Source: Lama glama
Lineage: Eukaryota
NCBI GenBank assembly: GCA_028534125.1
Contig: CM052845.1
Coordinates: 24,552,001-24,616,000, forward strand
Direction of reading: 5' to 3'
DNA: 64,000 bases
Both the position numbers and the translations under genes were made by a program. The notes under the pieces were generated by a model, which saw only the letters and a list, made by a program, of their open reading frames with translations, did no database searches and was not told the origin of the DNA. Shown one piece after another: positions 27,621 through 39,105 of the stretch. Each line of letters begins with the position of its first letter. Position 1 is the stretch's first letter.

Positions 27621-28148
27621 CACTAAACAATCTTTCACAAAGGAGCAGCCTCGGGATTTAAGAAAAGGCTTCCCTTTAAACTGGATATTCTCAAATTACA
27701 GACCCAATGGGTGCAACTAAATTACGCTCGACCCCGTGACTCTGAAAAGAAAGAAAATCACAACCCCAGCAGGCAGGAATCGGGTCACCGTCCACGGCGA
27801 TGCCAGCGCCCAGCGGCCCGCACAGGCTGGAGGCACCCGAGTGAGGAGCACAGGGCGCCTCGACGCCATGAGCGAACAGGCAGCAGCGTGCGCAGACCTC
27901 AAGGACTGAGCGGATCGCAGTGATGCAGGAGGCAATTTAAAGTCATTACCACGTCCTTCAAGCAAAACATACAATGCACAGTGATGGTGGCGTTGGGGTC
28001 AAACGCACTGCAGCCACCGGACCGAGTCCATCAACACGGTGGCCAAGACCTGCCGAGGAGAGACGGGGACGTCCGCCCCAAACAAATCATCAAACGCTCT
28101 TTATTCACGTTCCGCAGCTTCCCTGGTCAAGCAGCAGGTGTGCCTCAC

Positions 28149-28184
28149 CTTCTAACGTGAATTACTTGCATATAAAGAATGTTC
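28149..28184 (-). pseudogene. Exon relic NILYMQVIHVR
   Basis: Long pyrimidine tract then tag acceptor; donor AAG|gtgagg; 36 nt, phase 2->2. Confidence 0.65.
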
Positions 28185-28265
28185 CTACTCCATGAGAGAG
28201 CAAAGAAAATTAATCAGGAGAAAATGACTAAAATATCTCATTAAGCACATTGTAATTCTCTTACT

Positions 28266-28320
28266 TTCCTTCTTGCTTGTTTTCTACCTTCCTTCTTGCT
28301 TGTTTTCTACCTTCCTTCTT
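28266..28320. repeat. 23-bp tandem duplication
   Basis: ttccttcttgcttgttttctacc repeated about 2.3 times. Confidence 0.85.
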
Positions 28321-28399
28321 CCTTTCTCTTCTTTTCTTTCTTTCAAAATATATTTTTTAACACAGAAAACACAGAAGACAAAAAGCGCCGTGAAACACG

Positions 28400-28587
28400 G
28401 TCACTGTGCTGGGACCTCAGACGTTCTTGCCGCAGAGGAGAACTGGCACTGAGGCGACGCGACGCAGGTGCTCACGGAGGCCCCGGCGGTAACTGATCCA
28501 CAGCAGGCGGGTGTCAAACCAACACCTGTGCACCTCAGACTTACACCGCACTGCACGCCAGTTACATCGCAATACAGCTGGGAAAAC
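28400..28587 (+). mobile_element. L1 3'-end fragment, strongly GC-shifted
   Basis: tgtgcacctcagacttacaccgcactgcacgccagttacatcgcaatacagctgggaaaa resembles an L1MA-type 3' terminus. Confidence 0.65.
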
Positions 28588-29005
28588 GGGGCCACTGCCC
28601 CTGCGCAATCGGCTCCGCACAGGGAGCAAACGGCAATTTACACACAGCCCATCACTCACTGACCACACTTTGATGTCACATGTTTTCCTCCAGGGAAGGC
28701 CTACATGAGTTTATCACGACTTCACTGGGTGGCATTTTGTCACTGAAATGGCTCTGAAAAACATTATACCGTATTCTTAATAATTATGTGGCAAACCTGC
28801 ACCACTAAGCAGTGCTAATGGCAGTGAAACAATGTCGATCGTCTGGCGAACAAGAAGAGCCTAATTTGGACGGATTGGTTCCCACTGAGGTCACACCCCA
28901 ACGTGCCCTGAGAAGTTGAAACCAAAGCTGTGGGTCTGAGACTTTCACCCAGTGTTTGATGATTTCACTCTAAAGCAACAAATAAAATAAAAGCAGGCTC
29001 ATTAC

Positions 29006-29156
29006 CTCCGCTGGAACCACACATGTGCCCCTCCTGGGACATCCTGATGGGTTCTGTCCACAGCAGGAGAGGGCGGGTGTAAACCCGCTGGGCGGAAAGC
29101 TCCCTGCACCGCGAGAGGAGAAAACCACAGAATGTTCGACGCTGACTGAACCCACG
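29006..29156 (-). pseudogene. Exon relic A-WVQSASNILWFSPLAVQGAF...HVWFQR (RGS-like box 3, helix 4)
   Basis: Acceptor tgcctcttttcag, donor GAG|gtaatg; 151 nt, phase 1->2; SNILWF..LAV resembles RGS ENILFWLAVE. Confidence 0.7.
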
Positions 29157-29719
29157 CTGAAAAGAGGCAGTCATTCCACTTAGGAGCCCGATAAACTGTC
29201 GAGAGCTCGGGTGGACAGGTCTGACTGAGATACAGCCAGTGCCAAAGGCATAGCTTCTCCTCCTGAAGAGCACGCCACTTCTCCGGACCTGCTCTGACTT
29301 AAGATGGACGGCCTGTCTGCTCAGACCAGGGGGAGCCAAGGACCCTGCCTGCCGACCATGGATCAGAGAGCTGCGGTCCCTCCTCCTGCATAAACAAGGA
29401 CAACTTCAAAGCAGAGACAGGATTTTCCCAAACACAGTGCTCTGGAAATAAACCATTTTCCTCCTTCTAAAAGAGGCTTACGAACGAATAAAGGAGGCGA
29501 GTTTCCTTTTTTAACTTTCTTTAGAACGGCTTGAATTTTTATTGAGTGCCAAACGCATTACCAGGGAAAACGTCTGAGTGGACAGGGTTCTATATTTCAC
29601 AGCACGCTAACTCGCTTACGTGGTTTCCAAGGCGAGCGGAGGGCAGGCCCAGTGACCGTCTCGGGGGAGAACACGGCAAACCGTGCGAGACAAAGATGCC
29701 AAGAGGTGAGGGGTAGGTC

Positions 29720-30349
29720 TGGCCCGGCTGGCTCAGGGCACACCGCTCACTCTGGTGTCTGAGGAAGCTGGTTACACAACACCTTTTAAGACACAGAGAC
29801 ACGAGGAGATGGCAGAAGGAGTCTCTGCCCGCGCCTGAGACCTGACGGTGCTCCCAGGCCGCCGCGCGAAGCCGCGCCCCCACCAGGAGGCTCCTGGATG
29901 GAGGACGTCTCACGTGGCCCCTGCGAGCCCTCAGAGCCCTCGTTTCATCTCCACTAACCGACTCACTGCTTCGCACTTTGCAAGTCGTTCAGAGTCGTGT
30001 CCAGGGAGAGAGCAGCAGGAGAGGCAACCCGCGAGAGGTGGACCCAGACCCACAAACACTGGGTCACCCCAGCCATGTCCCCTCCTGCTCCTCGGGGGCC
30101 CGGTCACCCTTCCTGAAGTCGTAGGCTCTCCCCTGAGAGGCCTCCATCAGCCCCTTTCCCTGTGAAGGTGGTTTTTAAGCCTGAATTTAAGCCACTTGCG
30201 GAGTTTCTCATTTTCACCAAGTATCTCCCGGCTAAGCACGAGGTCCACATGTCAGTAAACTTCAGTTTTCTCTTGTTAATCTGTCTTTCATTACAAGAGG
30301 TCTCAGCCTAGAACTCAAAATAGAGGGAAAATTATTTTTCTTCCCTACA
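29720..30349 (+). mobile_element. ERV1-class solo LTR (MER34/MER39-like)
   Basis: 3' end ttttctcttgttaatctgtcttt...gtctcagcctagaactc...gagggaaaattatttttcttccctaca; 5' boundary approximate. Confidence 0.7.
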
Positions 30350-30495
30350 ATAAAAAGAATACCTATTTTTCTGTTTCCCAAGAACCGGACCACAGGACAC
30401 AGTAAAAGCCGCTCAGTTGCTCGCAGCTTCAGAGACTCCGCTGTGCCCCGTTTGAATACTTGACGTTGCTTCTTTGAGGCGCGTGGGCCACTCAC

Positions 30496-30578
30496 CCTGC
30501 GTTCTGAGCATCCAGCAGACAGAGGGTGCGCTCCGAGGGAGACGCTCAGACTGCGCCCCAGGTTCTACGTGGCAGAAC
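30496..30578 (-). pseudogene. Exon relic FCHVEPGAQSERLPRSAPSVCWMLRTQ
   Basis: Acceptor tttgtcttattgtgtaaatacag, donor AGG|gtgagt; 83 nt, phase 2->1. Confidence 0.65.
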
Positions 30579-30974
30579 CTGTATTTACACAATAAGACAA
30601 AGGTCCAACTGGAAACACATTTCAAAAAAATAGCAGAAAACATTAGCAGCAACATTGCACACAGAATTCTTAGAAAACAGGAAAATCACCAGCACCCCCA
30701 TAGCTAAGGAGACATTAGTCTGCAAATCGCCTTTACAGAGGAAATGCGAAGAGCCAGTAAATACCTGAGCACACACTGTGCTCTCCAGGGAATGAAGGGA
30801 CGAAAATTTTAAGAGGCAACGGTCGCCTTTCAATCTGGGCACAGTTGAAACTGAAGTGTGACTGACGCTCGTGAGCTCCGGGTGAGGAACATACCGATAA
30901 GCTTCCCGCAGGACAGAAATCGTCCAAACAGCCCGAAAGGTGCTCTGCCTGTGAACGCCACGAGCCTTCGAGGT

Positions 30975-31200
30975 GATCGTAACACCCGACCTGTAATCTT
31001 ACTTCTGAGACTAATTCTACTGAACAGCCAGAAATGAAGTCAAGGATTCGTGCAAAAGGAGGCCTAGAGCAAAAGCACTAATAGTCTCTAAAGCCTAGAA
31101 CAAGCCGAGCGCCTTGCGACAGGGACCCAGTCAAACCAACACAAGCCCGGTCACAACGGGATATGAGCCAGTCATCGCCTGCGGGGAGTTAAAGAAAGTT
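30975..31200 (+). mobile_element. Ancient L1 (L1ME-like) fragment
   Basis: gacctgtaatcttacttctgagactaattctactga...gattcgtgcaaaagga...cctagaacaagcc. Confidence 0.5.
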
Positions 31201-31376
31201 AACGGAACATGAAGTTGTTAACCACGTGGCGTTGGAAGAAAGCAGAACACCAAGCCACGTGGATGACACGCGCCGTCTGCGTGTGCACACGCGTGCAAGT
31301 TTTACACACGCGTACAAACACCAGAAGAAAACAAAGGAATCCGACGGATGGCGACTTTCTCAGAAAGCAACATTAC

Positions 31377-31422
31377 ATGCGTTTTTCATGCTTGTGTTGT
31401 GTTTAAGCTCAGAAAAGTGTAT
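31377..31422 (-). pseudogene. Exon relic IHFSELKHNTSMKNA
   Basis: Acceptor cacctctttgtcag, donor AT|gtaatg; phase-0 start matches exon 37440-37504; the 3' phase does not match the next exon. Confidence 0.55.
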
Positions 31423-33529
31423 CTGACAAAGAGGTGATGCTGCAGTAACGAGACTGCTTGTCGGAGAGTCACTTAACTGTCACGGAATTTCAGAGCCTGA
31501 CGTGGACGGTCTCGCTCCCGTCTCTCAGGAAGCAGGACAGCGGTGGATCTTGCGGTCCCTCCCCAGTGTCAGAGCCACCAGCAAACCGAGCGGCACCCCG
31601 TCCTGCAGATGCACACGCACGGACCGACGGCTGCCCTCCCCTCGGGTCTCACAAGCCCCGGAGGGTGACTGGAATCCTGAACAAGCGCCAGTCCTCATCT
31701 CTGGCCCCGGGGATGCCCACTAGGAGAGACAAGCCCACGAAGCCCCACATCGTAGGGCGGCCCCGCTCGGAACCACAGGTGCGTGCAGACCCGGCAAAGA
31801 CAGCACAGCGAGGAGGCCGGGACGCACACCCGAGCGAGGATGCGGTGCACCCCTGCCAGTGAACGGGGGAGGGAAAGGCGGGTGACGTCGCCCAAAAGCT
31901 GAAGGAACGAAGCCCCCGCCTGCAAGCCCGGCCGGAGAACACGTTCCGGAGAATGAAACGCCTCTGGGCATCAAGAAGTGAGAGGCTGTGCTGCCGACAG
32001 GCGTCCCGTAAAGCCAGGACCTGGGGGTTCTCAGAAGGAAAAGGAGCAGGGAGAGGCGCCGGCAGGCTGGCGAGGGAGACACGTGGGGAAGCAGTACCGC
32101 TCAGCGTCAGCCTCGCAAACAACAGGAGGAGGTTCTTGCTGGTTTAGAACATGTGCCGAATCAAAATGTGGGTCCCAAACAACACGAAGCGGGAGGAAGA
32201 GCAGGAGTTAAGCGCTTGCGGGTCTGCGGAGGGGTACTACCGCTCCACCCGGAGTGGCCTCCAGGAGCACAAGGGCGACCGCGGCAGTCCCCAGTGACGC
32301 CCAGAAAGGCTAGAAGTGTGGCGCGCAGGCAGCCAGGCAAGAGAGGAGACGACGGGATAAAGAAGCAAGTCTTGATTAACACAACAGGAGGCCAAAAGGG
32401 AGAAAAAACCCACAGTGTCGACGGATTTACAAATAGGACGTGGCTACTAAGGTGGCAAATTTACACCCAAGTAGACCAGGACTTACATCTAATGTAAGCA
32501 GTTTGACCAAAATGAAAGGAACACAACTTCAACATAAGAACAAAGCAAGCCTGTAAGTAAAATGACCGAAGAAGATGAACTGTGCCAGTGTTAAACCACA
32601 GAGAGCCGACATACACGAATGTCAGATGAAGGGGGTTTTAAAGCCAGAGTCACCGACAGAGACGGAGCATTTCATAACAATAAAAGGGGGGGTTTTCCGG
32701 GAAGATGTAACATCCGACTTACACGTGGCACTGCGTGATTTCAAAATATTAAGAGGCGGAAACTGACAAATGAAAAAGAAAAAATAATCTAGATAACTTA
32801 GAAGGATTAAGCAGATAGATTAATCAGAAACTATCAGCAAGGACATGAAAGGCCCGAACAGGACGGATAATAATCTTGAGCTACTGACTGGTCCAGAACC
32901 CTGAGTCCAGGAATACGACCATCTCATTCTTTCAAGTGCACATAGAACCTCTGCCAAAACTGGCCAGCAATTTTCAAATGATTGAAAACATTAGGAAAAC
33001 ACATTCTCTGACTCGAGTGGAATTGAATTTGACCTCAATAATAAAACAGATAACTAGTAAATGGCCAATTATTTCAAAACTAAGTAACACATTTCTAAAA
33101 ATTCCTTGTCAAAGGGAAAATTGAGTGGAAATTACAAAACATTTTGAACTAAAGGTATTGAAAGCATTACATATCAAAACTCACAGGATGCAGCTAAGAG
33201 TGAACATAAGAAAGATCTGCAGCCTTAAGTCCACGCACCAGGAAGGGTAGAAGCCGAGCACTGGTGATTGGATACACATCACAGGAAGTAGGAACAGACA
33301 ATGAAGACTAAATAAAAACAATGAGGATAATGTCAGAAAGTCGTTACACAGAGAAAAGAAACACAGCATCGAGAAAAATCAACAGTCAAAAAATTGTTCT
33401 AATAAAATTCATAAACCCTTACTAAGGAAATGAAACAAAACAAGGCTTAAAGCAATAACACCAGAAACAGAAAAGGAAAAAAACTGCTACAGATTCCATA
33501 GACACTAGAAGGTTTTAAGAACATAAAAA

Positions 33530-34030
33530 CGGTGAGAGTGCACATCCTTGTCGCATTCCTGACCTTAGAGGAAAACCTGCCAGCCTTTTCCACTGAGTGT
33601 GACCTGAGCTGCGGGTCTGCCGTGCGCAGCCACGGTCATGCTGAAGTACGTTCCCCGTGTGCCCACTTGTGGAGAAGTTTATCATGAATGGATGTTAAAT
33701 CTTGACAAATGCTTTCCTGCATCTCCTGAGATGACCATGTGCCTTTCACCCTGTATTTCGCTAGTGTGTTCATCACACTCAGCTGACCTGTGGGTGTCGA
33801 ACCATCCTTGCTTCCCTGGGGTAAGTCCCACCTGATCGCAATGTGCGACCCACTAATGTGTGATGGAACTTGGTTTGCTAATATTTGTTGAGGACTGTTT
33901 GCATCTACATTCATCAGGGATATTGGCCTGTAATTCTCTCTGTTATAGTGTCTCTGGAATCAGGGTGATGCTAGCCTTGTAAAATGAGATCAGAAGCATT
34001 CTCTCCTCTTTAGTTTTTGTGGAATATAGT
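33530..34030 (-). mobile_element. Internal L1 ORF2 (RT) fragment, antisense, no 3' end
   Basis: gcacatccttgtcgcattcctgaccttagaggaaaa...tttgcatctacattcatcagggatattggcctg; ORF 33636-33914 reads MNVDA...QILANQ. Confidence 0.9.
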
Positions 34031-35247
34031 GTGAACAACTTTACTGCACAAATTGGTAAGTTAATCGAAATGAAATAATTCCTTGAAAAACACAGCTTAC
34101 AATAACTACCACACAAAAAGAAATAAAAATTTCAACAATCCTCTGACTAGTAAGGAAGTAAAATCTGGAACCACAAACATTCACATAGAAGAATCACCAG
34201 AAGCAGATGGCTTCCTCAGAAAGACTTTCAATGTTTAGGGAATAAGTGATGCTGATCACACAGACTCTTCAGGGCAGAGAAAAAAGAACACTCCCCAGAT
34301 TTGTTTTGAGGTCAGATTACTCTTAATTCCAAACCAAAGGGGTTAGAAAAATGAGGCAATCTGTTATAAATATACACATAAAAGTACCAAACAAAATATG
34401 AGCAAATATCATGCAACATTTCAAAAGGACAAAAGAACACACAAAAATATTGTGTTTATTTCAGGAAGACAAATCCGGTTTATCAATCAATATAACACCA
34501 TATAAAAGAATAAAAATTATGTAATTATCCTGATAGATAAAGATTAGATAAAATTCGGTTTATGGCACAAAGTTTAAGCAGATCGGAACTGGAAAGAAAT
34601 GTTCCCATCCCAATCAAGGGTATGCACAATCCTACGGTAACTAGCACGGCCAGCACAGAAATATGAGCAGCTCCCCGCCCCTCCCTGAACTTAGGGCTAC
34701 ACCTTGGGTGCCCAATGTCCTCACCTCTATTCAGCAGCGTCCCAGGGGCCTTAGCCAGTTCAAAACAGCTTTAAAAATGAATAAAACAACCAGAGAAAAA
34801 GCTGGCATCTGTAACCAACCTATTATGGATGTAGAAAGTCTAAAATGTCTACAGAAAACTAAATCAGAATAAATTAGTGAGTGAGCACAGCAATTTCACT
34901 AGAACAAGGTTAATGCAACTTTTGTTTCTATGTAACAGCAGTGAACAATCAGGAAATTATGTTTAATCTATGCCTTCAATAAACCGTCAGTCAAAGCCTA
35001 GTAAGTGATTCTTCGCAAAAGCAGAGGCACGGATCCTCAGTCTCACGTGGAAACGCACAGCCACAGTCCTGCAGAGCCAGCCGCCAGGAGGAAGGACTCA
35101 GCCGGAGGACTTAAAAACCCAGACACAGTAACACGGCAGCAGGTCCCGGCCCGCGGGCAGGCAGGACAGGCCATGTGCATGGCTCCCGGACCACAGCGAC
35201 GGCCACAGCGCAGAGCCCGGCAGCGCTGCCCTTCCAACAGGCGCTGC

Positions 35248-35745
35248 GGAGTGGGGCCAGCAGAGCACCCCTCCCCAGACAAGCCCTCAGCAGCAGCCCA
35301 CACAGAGCTGGAGGCAGCTGAGAGAAGCAGGCACAGGGGAGCCCTCTGCCCTCTCCCCGGCCTAACAACAGGACACGGACGCACAGAGGTGCCCCTTCCC
35401 CTCCACCAGGAAGCACGCAGGGTAATCCCCTGATGGCTGCACAGGAATCCTGGTGACACACCGGCAGGACCTTCCCACAACGGCCGCCCTACAGACTCAG
35501 AGTCCTCTTGCTTTGTGTCGACACTTCGTACAAATTCACACCCTTTGTTCAGACGCTCACGAGCCCTAGCTCTAAGCTCCCCTCTGAGCTCCTCCTGTCC
35601 GTGGGCGCCCGTGTCTGTGCGCGATGCACGTGCTAATAAATGCTTGGTGGTTTTTCTCTGGTCAATCTGTCTGCTGTCAGTCTAATTTTCATCCTGCAGG
35701 GCCCCAGCTGGAGAACCTAAGATGGACTGTTCTTCCTCCCCTACG
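35248..35745 (+). mobile_element. ERV1-class solo LTR (MER34-like), copy 1, inserted in L1
   Basis: gagctggaggcagctgagagaagcagg...ctaataaa...ttcttcctcccctacg; flanks rejoin as L1 ttccaacaggcgctgc|tgggtcagctg. Confidence 0.8.
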
Positions 35746-36254
35746 TGGGTCAGCTGCGTCTGCACTCGGGACACACACAGAGTGTTTCAGGTGTATTATG
35801 GATCCAAGTGTAAAGTTAAACAGTAACGGTTCTGGGAGACAACACAAGTTCTAGCTCTGAAGGCAACACTGAATGACTGAGCCACATCACAGACACTCTG
35901 GCCGCCAAAGACGCTACTAAGAGAATGAACAGGCAGCCCTCAGGTGGGGGGAGATACTTGCCAAACCTGTACTGTAAAGGTCTCACACCTGCACTACACT
36001 GAGAAAAAGACAACATGGTATAAAATGGGCACAAGACGTGCACAGGAACTACTTAAAACAGGCCCCCAGATGGCCACTCCCAACGGGAAGAGGAGCTCCA
36101 TGTGGCTGGTCGTCAGGGAAACTTACATCAAAGCCGCAGGGAGATCGGTCACCTGCTGTCCAGAGGGGCTTCTATCAGAGATCCCCATCGCCAGGGGCTG
36201 GTGAGGGTGCGGGCAGGGGCTCACTGAGCTCGTAGCAGGAGTGTGGACTGACTC

Positions 36255-36754
36255 NNNNNNNNNNNNNNNNNNNNNNNNNNNNNNNNNNNNNNNNNNNNNN
36301 NNNNNNNNNNNNNNNNNNNNNNNNNNNNNNNNNNNNNNNNNNNNNNNNNNNNNNNNNNNNNNNNNNNNNNNNNNNNNNNNNNNNNNNNNNNNNNNNNNNN
36401 NNNNNNNNNNNNNNNNNNNNNNNNNNNNNNNNNNNNNNNNNNNNNNNNNNNNNNNNNNNNNNNNNNNNNNNNNNNNNNNNNNNNNNNNNNNNNNNNNNNN
36501 NNNNNNNNNNNNNNNNNNNNNNNNNNNNNNNNNNNNNNNNNNNNNNNNNNNNNNNNNNNNNNNNNNNNNNNNNNNNNNNNNNNNNNNNNNNNNNNNNNNN
36601 NNNNNNNNNNNNNNNNNNNNNNNNNNNNNNNNNNNNNNNNNNNNNNNNNNNNNNNNNNNNNNNNNNNNNNNNNNNNNNNNNNNNNNNNNNNNNNNNNNNN
36701 NNNNNNNNNNNNNNNNNNNNNNNNNNNNNNNNNNNNNNNNNNNNNNNNNNNNNN
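36255..36754. other. Assembly gap (500 N)
   Basis: Exactly 500 n, a fixed-size scaffolding gap. Confidence 1.
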
Positions 36755-36888
36755 AACAAAAGGAGGGGGGGGAGGAGGAGGGGGGAGGGAGGAGGAGGAT
36801 GGAGGAGGGAGGACGAGGAGGAAGGACGAGAAGGGAGGACGAGGGGGAGGAGGAGGAGGGGGGAGGAGGAGGAGGTGGAGAAGAGAAA
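36755..36888. repeat. GA-rich (GGA)n-like low-complexity tract
   Basis: ggaggaggag... directly after the gap. Confidence 0.9.
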
Positions 36889-37439
36889 GCACCCCCTGAC
36901 GTCAGGGGCACAAGCGAGCTGCGGTGCAGCCACACGGCACAAGACGGCACACAAGCCTCGTAACACCAGCACACAGTCAGCGCTCACACCCACGCTGAGC
37001 ACGAGGGGCCAGCCTGTGCTCTGGGTTCCGTGGCCCCAGACAGGACAGACAGGGCGGGGGGGGGGGGCTGAGGGCGCCTACTCTCCGTGGCAGTGCCTGG
37101 GGGGTGCCGGTCATGTTCCAGCTCCCGACTTGGGTGCTGGTGACGAGGCTGCGCTTGCTCTGCCCGGGTCCTGTCCTCATCTGGGCGCACATGTCCCCCA
37201 CACGTGCGTTTCACTAGGAAGTTTACTGCGACTAGAGACAGACAGAAACCTGCCACTGAAAAAGCCACTTTTCCTCAAAGCCGACGTCCCGGGGGCTGTC
37301 AGAGTGAGTGCTTTCCCAACACGCTGCGGACACCTGCCCAGGACTGCCCCCCTCGTGCACCAGGTGCCCAGGAGAGACACTGCCGGACTTCAAGTCCCAC
37401 CTGGACAACAAAAGCCCCCCGGGCGGTGTCTGTGCTTAC

Positions 37440-37504
37440 ATCAGGGAGGAGAGAAAAGCAGATGCAGAGGAAACTACAACTGTTTGGACTTAATTTTCCT
37501 GCAG
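37440..37504 (-). pseudogene. Exon relic A-AGKLSPNSCSFLCICFSLLPD
   Basis: Very strong acceptor tcttttcctgccttgtgtcctctttcctccacag, donor GAT|gtaagc; 65 nt, phase 1->0. Confidence 0.7.
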
Positions 37505-38186
37505 CTGTGGAGGAAAGAGGACACAAGGCAGGAAAAGACTCCATTCTCTGCAACATCTGAAGGTGGCCGTGAGGACAGACAGATAAGGCAAAACCCTTTA
37601 TTTTGGTGGATACAAAGGCAGCATCCAGCATCCAGCATCCAGTCAGAGGAACAGACACGGGGGGAGAACCACTCAGAGGCCAAGAGGAAGCCGCCCCCGA
37701 AGGCTCCCGCCAGCTTCACTGGTCCTCGCAGCCTGGACCTCTCCCCAGCACAGCTCCACTGACCCTCTCCAGGTAGCCTCCCTGGCCCTGTGAGCAGTCA
37801 TTTTACCTCCAGGTTTGTTTTTCTCTTTAATCATCCACTCCAATGCTCCACTGCATTTTCTATCTGTTTTTGCAGAGTGTAAGTTTATATTCATTATCTT
37901 CATAAACGCCTTTCCAGCACATGACTGCAGAAATGTGCCCACTGGAAATAACTTCCCCTCTTCTCTTTTTTGCCTCATCTTTACTCTGCCGTGACTTCCC
38001 TCATTAATTTACTTGGTATAATTGCTCCTATTCTGCACGTCCGGGCAGAAGCACAAACCCTGGTGACAGTGCTGACAGCATGAGAAGCGCTTGGAGTGGA
38101 ATGCTGTCCTAACTCCTGGTCTTCAAAGATTCTGCCCGGTTCTCTTGCCTGTCCTCAACTGGTAAGGTATTCATACAACCAACGTG

Positions 38187-38664
38187 TGTATGGGACCATA
38201 ATATTGCATTTTGGTATTAAACCACCGCGGAGCTGAAGGCAGCTGAGAGAAGCAGGCACAGGGGAGCCCTCTGCCCTCTCCCTGTCGGCCTAAAAGGAGG
38301 ACACGGACGTACAAAGGTGTCCCGCCCTCTCCACCAGGAGGCACGCAGGGTAATCCCCTGACGGCTGCACAGGAACATTTGTGACAAACCGGGCGGGACC
38401 TTCCCATGACCTGCCGCCCTACAGACTCAGAGTCCTCTTGCTTTGTGTCGACACTTCGTACAAATTCACGCCCTTTGTTCAGATGCTCACGAGCCCAAGC
38501 TCTAAGCTCCCCTCTGAGCTCCTCCTGTCCGTGGGCGCCCGTGTGTGTGCGTGATGCACGTGCTAATAAACGCCTGGTGGTTTTTCTCTTATCAGTCTGT
38601 CTGTTGTTGGTCTAATCTGCTGGCCCCGCCAGAGGGGACAAGGAAAAAGAAGTTTCCTCCCGCA
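38187..38664 (+). mobile_element. ERV1-class solo LTR (MER34-like), copy 2
   Basis: tgtatgggaccataatattg...gagctgaaggcagctgag...ctaataaa...agtttcctcccgca; homologous to 35248-35745. Confidence 0.85.
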
Positions 38665-39001
38665 CATCCGTCCGGTCCCGCGTTCCTCCATCCCTAAGCT
38701 GTGCCAATGGCCCTCAGCGATGGGCCGGGCGTGGAGCAGGGGGTGGACGGGCCACCGCAGAGCATGGAGGGCTGGCAGGAAGGCACAAGAGAAGGACTGG
38801 CTCCGTAGGACTGGCATACAGCAGGCACGCAGCCAAACGGGGGCCACATTCTGGAGTGCTCCAGATGCCACGCCAAGGAATGACTACGTCCTCAGGCAGA
38901 ACGGAGAACCCAGGACTCAGAATATTAATGACATTTAATTTGGGGGTTTTGCTGAAATCAACTGCACAGTTAGGATCTTTTTCCGATTTCCCAATCACGG
39001 T

Positions 39002-39105
39002 TGCTGCAGGCTTAATGTTTGTGTCCCATCAAATTCAGTGGCAGAATCCTAACCCCAGAGCATGGTGTTGGGTGGGGGGCTCGGGGGCGATGAGGTCGTG
39101 AGGGT
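39002..39105 (+). mobile_element. MLT1 (MaLR) LTR 5' fragment
   Basis: tgctgcaggcttaatgtttgtgtcccatcaaattc...aatcctaacccc. Confidence 0.7.

Larger units (their letters stand above)
32380..36254 (+). mobile_element. Old degraded L1 (ORF2 region), interrupted by an antisense L1 fragment and an LTR
   Basis: catttcataacaataaaaggg, acatatcaaaactcacaggatgcagctaag, gaacaacttt, gaaatgttccc, aagagaatgaacaggcagcc..., all in L1 ORF2 order. Confidence 0.85.

Noticed and set aside
36123-37002. Long ORFs spanning 36.1-37.0 kb
   Set aside because: Artefacts of translating through 500 Ns and a GA-rich tract.
35248-38664. Intact or deleted provirus bounded by two LTRs
   Set aside because: No gag/pol/env, PBS or PPT seen; the spacer is host L1 continuation plus exon relics.
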